50,986 nt of DNA, from assembly GCA_034722035.1 (NCBI GenBank), contig JAYENK010000014.1:1-50986 (forward strand), read 5' to 3'. The notes beneath the pieces are model-generated. The model saw nothing but the letters and a program-made list of their open reading frames with translations. It made no database searches and was not told the origin of the DNA. This document shows, piece after piece, positions 18,878-26,815 of this stretch. The stretch comes from Patescibacteria group bacterium. GTDB lineage: Bacteria > Patescibacteriota > Patescibacteriia > Patescibacteriales > UBA12075. The translations under genes and the position numbers were made by a program. Numbering within the stretch: the stretch's first letter is position 1; every line of letters starts with the position of its first letter.

Positions 18878-20299
18878 ATGAAAAATAATAATCAAAAAAT
18901 CAAAGTTCTAATGGCGGCGGCGGAGTGTGTGCCTTTTGCTAAGGTGGGTGGACTTGCGGACGTGGTTGGGAGTTTGCCTAAGGCTTTGTCTGGGCAGAAG
19001 GTTGATGTGCGCTTGGTTTTGCCTTTATATGGCGTGATTAGCCGGCAAAAATATAAATTGAAAAAAATATATTCTGGCTTGGAGATTCCGTCCGGACGGG
19101 TTATGCTAAGGGTAAATATTTATCAGGGTAAATTACCAGGTTCAGATGTGACCGTTTATTTTATTGACTCAAAAGAGTATTTTTCCAAGAAGCAAGTCTA
19201 TGGCAAGAGTAATCATTCCGAGCGTTTTTTGTTTTTTTCTTTGGCTGCGCTCTATGCTATCCCGTGCTATAAGTGGGAGCCGCAAATTATTCATATGCAT
19301 GACGCACACGTAGCGATGATGGCCGATATTATCAAAGTTAGCCGGCTAGAATATATCCGTGACCTCAAAACTCTCCTCACTATTCATAATTTACGTTATC
19401 AGTATGCAGATGAGCCGATGCGTTTATCCAGCGGCAATCTTCATCTTTCGATGTTAAAGACTTTGTCCATTGACGCAGAAGACGGGGACGTAAATTTTAT
19501 GGCACAAGGAATTTTGAATGCTGATATTATTAATACAGTCAGCTCGACTTACGCTGAAGAAATTTTGCATTCAGCTTATGGCGCTAGTTTGGAAAAAATA
19601 TTAAGAAAACGACGCGCTGATCTCTATGGTATTTTGAATGGAATTGATATAGATTTATTTAATCCTGAAATTGATAAAAATATTATTAAAAATTATAGTG
19701 CTAAGACTTTAAAATATAAAAGAGAAAACAAGATTGCTTTGCAAAAGAAATTTAATTTACCGATTAACGAAAATATACCGGTAATTGGGTTTATTTCCCG
19801 CTTGGTTTGGCAAAAAGGGCTGGAATTGATTACAGAAGATTTGAATAAAGTAAAAGCGCAATTTGTATTTTTGGGTAAAGGTGCTAAGAAATATGAGAGA
19901 CATTTAGAAGAGTTGGCTAAGAAATATCCGGGTCAATTTGCAGTTGATATCGGTTTTGATTTAAAAACGGCTCAGCAGATTTATGCCAGTTCAGATTTTT
20001 TCTTGATGCCGTCTCGCTTCGAGCCTTGTGGTCTCGGGCAAATGATTGCGATGCGTTACGGAGCAGTGCCGATTGTACGTGCAACCGGAGGACTCAAAGA
20101 TACAGTCACGCCAGCGTTTGGTTTTAGTTTTGAAAACATTGAAGAGAAAGAATTGTTTAATTCAATTAAAAAAGCATTAGATTTATATTATGAAAAGCCG
20201 GAAGAATTTGCAGTAATGCAAATAAAAGATATGAAGCAAGATTTTTCCTGGAATAAATCAGCTCAGAAATATATCAATCTATATAAAAAATTAATTTAA
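18878..20299 (+). CDS. glgA: Glycogen/starch synthase (GT5, GlgA-like), paralog 2. The track ORF begins at 18851, but ATG 18878 avoids overlap with the upstream gene.
   Basis: KVLMAAAECVPFAKVGGLADVVGSLPKAL is the K-X-G-G-L motif. Other blocks are HMHDAH, TIHNLRYQ and SRFEPCGLGQMIAMRYGAVPIVRATGGLKDTV. Confidence 0.85.
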   Translation: MKNNNQKIKVLMAAAECVPFAKVGGLADVVGSLPKALSGQKVDVRLVLPLYGVISRQKYKLKKIYSGLEIPSGRVMLRVNIYQGKLPGSDVTVYFIDSKEYFSKKQVYGKSNHSERFLFFSLAALYAIPCYKWEPQIIHMHDAHVAMMADIIKVSRLEYIRDLKTLLTIHNLRYQYADEPMRLSSGNLHLSMLKTLSIDAEDGDVNFMAQGILNADIINTVSSTYAEEILHSAYGASLEKILRKRRADLYGILNGIDIDLFNPEIDKNIIKNYSAKTLKYKRENKIALQKKFNLPINENIPVIGFISRLVWQKGLELITEDLNKVKAQFVFLGKGAKKYERHLEELAKKYPGQFAVDIGFDLKTAQQIYASSDFFLMPSRFEPCGLGQMIAMRYGAVPIVRATGGLKDTVTPAFGFSFENIEEKELFNSIKKALDLYYEKPEEFAVMQIKDMKQDFSWNKSAQKYINLYKKLI

Positions 20300-20415
20300 A
20301 ATAATATTTAATGTGCATTAAGTGTTCAAAAGTAATATTTTAATGTATTTTTTTGTTTAGTATTAGTATAATATTGTTTAAAAGCTAAAAATTTATAAGT
20401 TGAGCCTATTTTTGC

Positions 20416-20444
20416 TTGACATAATTTAGAAAATTATATATCAT
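20416..20444 (+). promoter_or_regulatory. Candidate strong promoter in the rRNA leader region
   Basis: TTGACA (20416-20421), 17 nt, TATCAT (20439-20444). Confidence 0.45.
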
Positions 20445-20552
20445 ACACTTACGTTAAATAAATGTTAAAGCATCAGAAAATAACATATGAAAAAGAAAAT
20501 AACTTCTCATATTGCAAGCGGTTGATGAAACGCCTTTTTGTGGCTTTGCCTG

Positions 20553-20574
20553 ACCGCTCTAGAGCGGTTTTTTT
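20553..20574 (+). terminator. Intrinsic-terminator-like hairpin about 110 nt downstream of the promoter at 20416
   Basis: ACCGCTCTAGAGCGGT is a GC-rich palindrome followed by TTTTTTT. Confidence 0.45.
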
Positions 20575-20591
20575 GATGCCAATTATCGACT

Positions 20592-20660
20592 AGTTGACAA
20601 TTAACAATTAACAATTAATCAGTGGTTAATAGTCAATTGTTAACTGTTAAAAGTTAAACC
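20592..20660. repeat. Heptad-repeat hairpin in the 23S leader, same family as the 23S insertions
   Basis: The 5' arm TGACAAT TAACAAT TAACAAT TAATCAG is followed by the complementary arm TTAATAGTCAATTGTTAACTGTTAAAAGTTAA. Confidence 0.6.
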
Positions 20661-21497
20661 TGAACATTAACAATTAAATATAGTTTTATTCATAAAACAT
20701 CTGACGAGCGTTTTATGGATAAAATCTTTTCAAGATTAATAAGTGAAAAGAGCATCAACAAAATTTCGTCGATAATTTATTATCGAACTTTTGCGTTTTT
20801 AGAATCTATTTGATTTCAAAAACGTGGGAAAATCTCGTAAGAGTATATGGTGGATGCCTTGACACAAGAAGACGATGAAGGACGTAGCAGCCTGCGATAA
20901 GCCTTGGTGAGGTGGCAAGCAACCTTTGAACCAGGGATTTCCGAATGGGGAAACCCGCCTAGTTGAAGACTGGGCTCCCGCTAAGTGAATATATAGCTTA
21001 GTGAGGGGACAACCCGGCGAATTGAAACATCTTAGTAGCCGGAGGAAAAGAAAAAAAATATTTATTCCGTAAGTAGCGGCGAGCGAAAGCGGATCAGCCT
21101 AAACCGTTTAAACTGCGCTTGGTTTTATCTTCGGGTAAAACCTTGCAAAAGGCTCCAGAGCCATATGTTTTTTTGGTGTTGTAAGATTATTGCATTCTCT
21201 TTCTGGATTAAGAGAGGTAAGGTTTACGAATTATTACTTCCCTAGTTGAAGCGAGCTGGAAAGCTCCGCCAGAGAAGGTGAAAGCCCTGTAAGGCGAAAG
21301 GGGTAATTACTTTACTGCAATAATTCTTGAGTACCGCGGAACCCGTGAAATTCCGTGGGAATCCGGGACGACTATGTCCCAAGGCTAAATACTTCTTGTG
21401 ATCGATAGCGAACTAGTACCGTGAGGGAAAGGTGAAAAGCATCCCGGTAAGGGAGGTGAAATAGTACCTGAAACCATATACTTACAAGGAATCAGAG

Positions 21498-21609
21498 CTT
21501 CGCTGCCGCTTCGCTAACAATTGACAATTAACAATTAACAATTGACAATTAACTATTCAGTTAAAAGTCAATTGTCAAAAGTCAAGTGTTCACGAAGCGA
21601 CAGCGTAGT
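21498..21609 (+). repeat. Insertion/expansion hairpin in 23S domain I (helix 25 position), with an AT-rich heptad core
   Basis: It lies between the conserved GAAACCATATACTTACAAGGAATCAGAGC and GTGATGGTGTGCCTATTGAAGAATGAGCC. The GC-rich base CGCTGCCGCTTCG/CGAAGCGACAGCG carries the arm TAACAAT TGACAAT TAACAAT TAACAAT TGACAAT TAACTAT and its complement. E. coli has about 12 nt at this position (from memory). Confidence 0.75.
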
Positions 21610-22774
21610 GATGGTGTGCCTATTGAAGAATGAGCCAACGAGTTAGTTCTATGTGGCCTAGCTAAGCCCCGCTTGGGGTGGAGCTGTAGTGAAAGCGAGG
21701 GTTAATAGCCCGATTAAGTCGCATGGACTAGACCCGAAGCCGAGTGATCTAGCCATGGCCAGGTTGAAACCCCAAGAAGTTGGGGTGGAGGACCGCACCC
21801 ACTGATCGTGCAATATCAGGGGATGAGCTGTGGCTAGCGGAGAAATTCTAATCGAACTCGGCAATAGCTGGTTCTCCTCGAAATAGCTTTAGGGCTAGCG
21901 TTGGATGCTGACTACTGGGGGTAGAGCACTGAATGAGATAAGGATCCATACGGATACCTTTCTTAACCAAACTCCGAATACCAGTAGGTGTAGTCCGGCA
22001 GTTAGACTATGGGGGCTAAGCTCCATCAGTCGAAAGGGAAACAGCCCAGACCGCCGTCTAAGGTCCCTAAATATATGCTAAGTGTGAAAGGTGGTGTCGC
22101 GACTGCGACAACTAGGAGGTTGGCTTAGAAGCAGCCATCCTTTAAAGAAAGCGTAATAGCTCACTAGTCAAGTTACCGCGCGCCGAAAATGTATCGGGGC
22201 TAAGCATATTACCGAAGACGCGGGCTCTCTAGTTTACTAGAGAGCGGTAGAGGAGCGTTCTTATTGCGTTGAAGCTGAGTCGTGAGGCTTGGTGGAGCGA
22301 TGAGAAGTGAGAATGTTGGCATGAGTAGCAAAAAGGCGGGTGAGAACCCCGCCCACCGCAAGCCTCAGGGTTCCTGGGCAACGTAAATCGACCCAGGGTT
22401 AGTCGGTCCTAAGACGAGGTCCGTGTAGTGCGGGCGTAGCCGATGGAAGAGCTGGTTAATATTCCAGCACTACTTATAGTTTCCGATGGGGGGACGTAAA
22501 ATAAAAACTGGAGCGGGTATTGGTTTGCCCGTTGCTGGTCAAGACTCGAGTCCAGGTAAATCCGGATTCGCAAGAGTCAAGATTGGCAGAAGATGAAGCT
22601 TTTGTGGATTCAATTTCGGAGGATATTTTATCGAGAAAAACCTCTAGGGCTAAGCTATAAGCAACCGTACCGCAAACCGACACAGGTAGGCGAGGCGAGT
22701 AGCCTCAGGTGTACGAGAGAACCCTCGTTAAGGAACTAGGCAAAATAGCGGCCGTAATTTCGAGATAAGGCCTG

Positions 22775-22887
22775 CCCGGGTTCAACATTTAACCATTAAC
22801 TTTTAACAGTTAACTTATAATTATAAATTATTTAATTTATAAATAGTTAATAGTTAATTTTGTTAATTGTTAAATGTTGAATCTGGG
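22775..22887 (+). repeat. AT-rich hairpin replacing or extending the variable helix in 23S domain IV (helix 63 position)
   Basis: It lies between the conserved GGCAAAATAGCGGCCGTAATTTCGAGATAAGGCCTGC and CGACTGTTTATCAAAAACACAG. The base CCCGGGTTCAACATTT/AAATGTTGAATCTGGG carries arms made of NTTAACN heptads. Confidence 0.7.
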
Positions 22888-23005
22888 CCGCAGCTAAAGA
22901 CGCCCCAACGACTGTTTATCAAAAACACAGTTCCCTGCTAACTCGAAAGAGGATGTATAGGGGGTGACGCCTGGCCAGTGTCCGAACGTTAAGGGGATGG
23001 GTTAG

Positions 23006-23145
23006 TGCTTCGCTTACGCTCAGCAACTTTTAACAGTTGACAATTAACAGTTAACAAATTAAGGAATTATTTAATAAATTTATTTCTTAATTATGTTAAT
23101 AGTTAAAAGTTAATTGTTAATTGTTTGCGGAGCGTAAGCGGAGCA
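23006..23145 (+). repeat. 140-nt hairpin insertion in 23S domain IV (the position of the short GCGCAAGCGAAGC hairpin of E. coli)
   Basis: The base TGCTTCGCTTACGCTCAGC/GCGGAGCGTAAGCGGAGCA carries arms TTAACAG TTGACAA TTAACAG TTAACAA and their complement. The flanks GGGATGGGTTAG and GAAGCCTTGAACTGAAGCGCGGATGAACGCCGGCGATAACTATAA are conserved 23S sequence. Confidence 0.75.
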
Positions 23146-23788
23146 TGAAGCCTTGAACTGAAGCGCGGATGAACGCCGGCGATAACTATAATCGTCCTAA
23201 GGTAGCGAAATTCCTTGTCGGCTAATTACCGACCTGCACGAATGGCGTAACGATTGGGGCACTGTCTCAACGAGGGACTCGGCGAAATTGCAAGACGAGT
23301 AAAGATGCTCGTTAACCGTAGTCGGACGAAAAGACCCCGTGAAGCTTTACTACAGCTTGACATTGGCTTATGACTATATTTGTTCAGTATAGGTGGGAGA
23401 TCTTCGGATCGCCAGTGAGATACCACCCTTGTATATTTGTAATTCTAACCCTAGGCCTTGAATCAGGTCGGGGGACAGTGTTTGGCGGGTAGTTTGTCTG
23501 GGGCGGATGCCTCCCAAAGAGTAACGGAGGCGTTTACAAAGGTTGGCTATCCCGGAATGGAAACCCGGGAGATAGTGCAAGGGCACAAGCCAGCTTTACT
23601 GCAAGACCTACAAGTCGAGCAGTCACGAAAGTGGAACCTAGTGATCCGACCGTCCAATATAGGATGGCGGAAGCTCATCGGATAAAAGCTACTCCGGGGA
23701 TAACAGGCTAGTCGCGCCCAAGCGTCCACAGCGACGGCGCGGTTCGGCACCTCGATGTCGGCTCGTCTCATCCTGGGGGTGAAGAAGC

Positions 23789-23819
<31 letters not shown>

Positions 23820-23845
23820 AGGCACGCGAGCTGGGTTCAGACCGT

Positions 23846-24581
23846 CAAGAAATTGAAAATTTTCGATTTTTTGACCATCTGAACCCTTAAAGACAAAAAT
23901 ACGGCGGCCTTCACGAGTAATCGTGATTGAAAGAAGCTGACTCATATCGATGAAGTCCTAACTTGAATAATAACCTGTCATGTGTTAGGATAATATCGAG
24001 GGAAGTCGCTTATGCAAAATAAAAAATCAAACATCCAAGCAGCATATTTAGCCGGTTTTTTAGATGGAGACGGCAGTATATATGTAAGAGCAAAATCAGA
24101 TTCTACTTATAAGTATGGATTCCAAATTGCTCCATATATTGTTTTCTTTCAGTCTAAAAAAGAAGAAGATAATTTTAGAAAAATTTTTTCTAATATTAAT
24201 TATGGTTATATGCGAACACGCAAAGATGGAATACTTGAGTATACGATTGGACGAAAAAAGGATATTATTTCTTTGATTAATTTAATAAAACCTTATTTAA
24301 TATTAAAAATAAGGCAAGCAGATTTAATTATAGAAATATTAAATAAGAAAGAGAAAGTTAAAAATATTAAAGACTTTCAGAAACTATTAGATTTAGTTGA
24401 TAAATTTAGAGAATTAAATTATTCCAAGAAGCGTAAAAAGCATAAGTTGACCCTTTAGAGACTGATCCCATATTTGGGAGAGGATGGCGTGTAATATGCG
24501 CTATCAAAACGTTAGCCCCCTATATAGATTTTTATAGGGTGAAGGTATAGTCCATGCATTTGGTAACAAGTGATTAACATG
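23846..24581 (+). mobile_element. Group I intron in 23S rRNA at the I-CreI-type site (E. coli ~2593), carrying a homing endonuclease ORF
   Basis: The conserved exon sequence GCTGGGTTCAGACCGT stops at 23845 and resumes as CGTAAGACAGGTCGGTCTCTATC at 24582. Joined, these give ACCGTCGTAAGACAGGTCGG, equivalent to E. coli AACGTCGTGAGACAGTTCGG. The 5' exon ends in T and the intron ends in G, as in group I introns. The 736 nt between them contain the LAGLIDADG ORF. Confidence 0.85.
24012..24458 (+). CDS. Single-motif LAGLIDADG homing endonuclease (I-CreI-like), intron-encoded
   Basis: 148 aa. AAYLAGFLDGDGSIYVRAK aligns with I-CreI LLYLAGFVDGDGSIIAQIK. Size and downstream blocks (KPYLILKIRQADL vs QPFLKLKQKQANL) also match. 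Confidence 0.9.
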   Translation: MQNKKSNIQAAYLAGFLDGDGSIYVRAKSDSTYKYGFQIAPYIVFFQSKKEEDNFRKIFSNINYGYMRTRKDGILEYTIGRKKDIISLINLIKPYLILKIRQADLIIEILNKKEKVKNIKDFQKLLDLVDKFRELNYSKKRKKHKLTL

Positions 24582-24882
24582 CGTAAGACAGGTCGGTCTC
24601 TATCCACTACGGTCGTGGAAACTTGAGGAGGCCCTTTCCTAGTACGAGAGGACCGGAAAGGACGAAGCTCTAGTGTACCGGCTGTCCCACCAGGGGCATT
24701 GCCGGGTAGCTACCTTCGGTTTGGATAAGCGCTGAAAGCATATAAGCGCGAAGCCGTCTCCAAGATAAGGTTTCGTTATGAGGTCCGCGGGAGACTACCG
24801 CGTTGATAGGCTCTACGTGTAAGCACAGTAATGTGTTGAGCGGAGGAGTACTAATCGACCCATGATTTTCCCACATTTTTGA

Positions 24883-24934
24883 TGTTATCACCCTTCGGGT
24901 GAGCCCTTCTACAAATAGGGCACATGCGAATGAG
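24883..24934 (+). repeat. Dispersed repeat copy U1 (23S-5S spacer)
   Basis: TGTTATCACCCTTCGGGTGAGCCCTTCTACAAATAGGGCACATGCGAATGAG is related to the copies at 25009, 40587 and 41067 (those three in the opposite orientation). Confidence 0.75.
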
Positions 24935-25008
24935 TGATAAATATAGTTATTACTATATTTAAATAGATTAGTGTTACTTTTTACTTTATCAAGATTAGAT
25001 ATACTTTT

Positions 25009-25058
25009 GGTATTCGCATGTCTCGTATTCGTAGTGCGGGTCAGCGAAGTTGATAACA
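25009..25058 (-). repeat. Dispersed repeat copy U2, inverted relative to U1
   Basis: The reverse complement TGTTATCAACTTCGCTGACCCGCACTACGAATACGAGACATGCGAATACC aligns with U1 over its full length. U1 and U2 bracket an 74-nt AT-rich segment. Confidence 0.75.
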
Positions 25059-25072
25059 TAAAAACTCCACAA

Positions 25073-25188
25073 TTCTGGTGGTTTTAGCGGAGGGGGTACA
25101 CCTGTTCCCATCTTGAACACAGTAGTTAAGCCCTCCAGCGCTGATGATACTTGGGTTTTAACCCTGGAAAAGTAAGTCACCGCCAGAA
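25073..25188 (+). rRNA. rrf: 5S rRNA
   Basis: TTCTGGTGGTTTTAGCGGAGGGGGTACACCTGTTCCCATCTTGAACACAGTAGTTAAGCCCTCCAGCGCTGATGATACTTGGG...CCGCCAGAA shows helix I pairing and the conserved CCCATC..GAAC.C.G.AGTTAAGC block. An extra 12-bp extension AAAACTCCACAA/TTGTGGAGTTTT flanks it and ends in a T-run. Confidence 0.9.
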
Positions 25189-25212
25189 TTGTGGAGTTTT
25201 TTTATTTTGAAC

Positions 25213-25249
25213 AAAAAAACCAAGCTCGAGTATTCGAGATTGGTTTTTT
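25213..25249. terminator. Hairpin terminator downstream of the rRNA unit (bidirectional by sequence)
   Basis: AAAAAACCAAGCTCGAGTATTCGAGATTGGTTTTTT has a stem with flanking A- and T-runs. Confidence 0.5.
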
Positions 25250-25274
25250 GTTTTTTGGAAATTTTTCAAAAAAA

Positions 25275-25388
25275 TTAACCAGTGATTTTCATGAAAGCAG
25301 CTAACATGACCATCATAAATCCGCCCAGAGCCATGCCAATAAACATTGCCCAAAAAATCGCGTTGAAATATTTACTTTCTTTTGCCAT
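25275..25388 (-). CDS. Possible 37-aa hydrophobic peptide (weak call)
   Basis: The ATG ORF MAKESKYFNAIFWAMFIGMALGGFMMVMLAAFMKITG has one TM-like segment. There is no other support. Confidence 0.2.
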   Translation of the reverse strand: MAKESKYFNAIFWAMFIGMALGGFMMVMLAAFMKITG

Positions 25389-25520
25389 AAAACATGATTA
25401 TTAATATTTTTAAACTTATAAATATATTATACTATATTTTTATAAATTCGTGAAGAGGAAAATTAATTGACAAGAGTGAGGTTTTTTAATACATTATAGT
25501 TAGAGATGTAGAAGAAATAG

Positions 25521-25712
25521 AAAGTAACTGAAAAAAATACAGAGATAAAACAAGTTGCTGATGAAGCAATTTATATTCCTAAAACCTTGGAAATGCTTAC
25601 TCCGATTTTAGTCGCTATCCCTTTGCAATTGTTCGCCTATCATATGGCGTTTTTAAAAGGAAAAGACGTAGATAAGCCCCGTAATCTAGCTAAGAGTGTT
25701 ACAGTAGAATAA
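25521..25712 (+). pseudogene. glmS: C-terminal remnant of glutamine--fructose-6-phosphate aminotransferase (glmS)
   Basis: Frame 3 reads ..[54 protein letters not shown]. This is the canonical last ~60 residues of GlmS (..P.L..IPLQLLAYH.A...[16 protein letters not shown]). A stop at 25518 is immediately upstream, and nothing upstream encodes the other ~550 residues. Confidence 0.65.
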
Positions 25713-25737
25713 TAATTATAAATTTGTATAAAAAAAC

Positions 25738-26808
25738 ATGCCAACAAAAAAGAGAGATTATCACATGCTTAGGGAAATTGAAGAACAGCCGGCTGCAATT
25801 GATAATTTGATAAAAAAATATGTGGAAAAAAATCAGGTTGAGATGAAAGAGTTTAGAGAATTTAAAAAAAAGCTTAGAAATATAAGGCGTTTTAGTTTTT
25901 GGGGGATTGGTTCTTCGTTTCATGCTGCGATGTACGCTGATTATTTATTTGAAGATTTGTGTTCTGTGCCCTGCGAATGTGAGCGGGCTGATGAGCTGAT
26001 TATACGAAAAGATGTTTTGGAAAAAGACACGGCAGTGGTTGTAATTAGTCAATCTGGAGAAACCAGCGATTTGATTGAAGCTGTTAAAAAAGCAAAGATG
26101 CAGAAGGTTTTGACTATTGGTATCATAAATAGCAAAGATTCATCTCTTGGTTCTTTGCTTGATGTTGCTTTGAATATTGAAGCTGGCGAAGAAAAAGCTT
26201 TAGCCGCTACAAAAGCGTTTAGCTCTCAGTTGTTTACGCTTTTTCTTTTGGCTGTATATTATAATCAGTTTAGATCTAGATGTAATGAAGATTTACTTGC
26301 GGTTGCAAAAGAATTGCCAAGGAAAATTAGTCGGATTATCAAGCAAAAAAAAGAAATACAAGAAATCGCTAAAAAATATAAAGGCTTAAATCATTTAACT
26401 GTTTTGGGCAGACACTGGCATTATCCAATCGCCGAAGAAGTCGCGTTAAAGTGCAAAGAAACCGCCTATCTGGACGCTGAAGGCATGGCAACTGAGACTT
26501 TTCGCCACGGACCGGCAGCGGTAATTGATGAAAATTTTGTGTCACTGATATTTTTACCAAAAAATAAAAATTATGACGAAAATGTAGTGGCTTTGGAAGA
26601 AACAATAAGAGCAAAGGGTAAAACGATTGCGGTGGCGAACGAAGAGACAAAAAAAGTAAAAGATCAAATAGTAATTCCAAAGATTGATTCAGTTTTACAG
26701 CCCCTTTTAAGCGTGGTGGCCGGACAGTATTTTGCGTATTTTATTGCGCTGGAGAGAGGATTGGATATTGATAATCCGCGTAATATATTTAAATTTATTA
26801 AGAAATAA
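25738..26808 (+). CDS. Stand-alone SIS-domain sugar-phosphate isomerase/aminotransferase-like protein (GlmS isomerase-domain homolog without a glutaminase domain)
   Basis: 356 aa. It begins HMLREIEEQPAAI (as at the start of the GlmS isomerase domain), has VVVISQSGETSDLIEAVK (SQSGET motif) and two SIS halves, and ends LDIDNPRNIFKFIKK (divergent from ..[15 protein letters not shown]). Confidence 0.8.
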   Translation: MPTKKRDYHMLREIEEQPAAIDNLIKKYVEKNQVEMKEFREFKKKLRNIRRFSFWGIGSSFHAAMYADYLFEDLCSVPCECERADELIIRKDVLEKDTAVVVISQSGETSDLIEAVKKAKMQKVLTIGIINSKDSSLGSLLDVALNIEAGEEKALAATKAFSSQLFTLFLLAVYYNQFRSRCNEDLLAVAKELPRKISRIIKQKKEIQEIAKKYKGLNHLTVLGRHWHYPIAEEVALKCKETAYLDAEGMATETFRHGPAAVIDENFVSLIFLPKNKNYDENVVALEETIRAKGKTIAVANEETKKVKDQIVIPKIDSVLQPLLSVVAGQYFAYFIALERGLDIDNPRNIFKFIKK

Positions 26809-26815
26809 AAAATAA

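Noticed and set aside
23325-23336. A possible macrolide-site difference in 23S. GACGAAAAGACC here versus my recollection of E. coli GACGGAAAGACC would mean A instead of G at position 2057.
   Set aside because: The comparison rests on an alignment recalled from memory. Without a verified alignment and the state of the pairing partner (2611), I cannot support a resistance-related claim.
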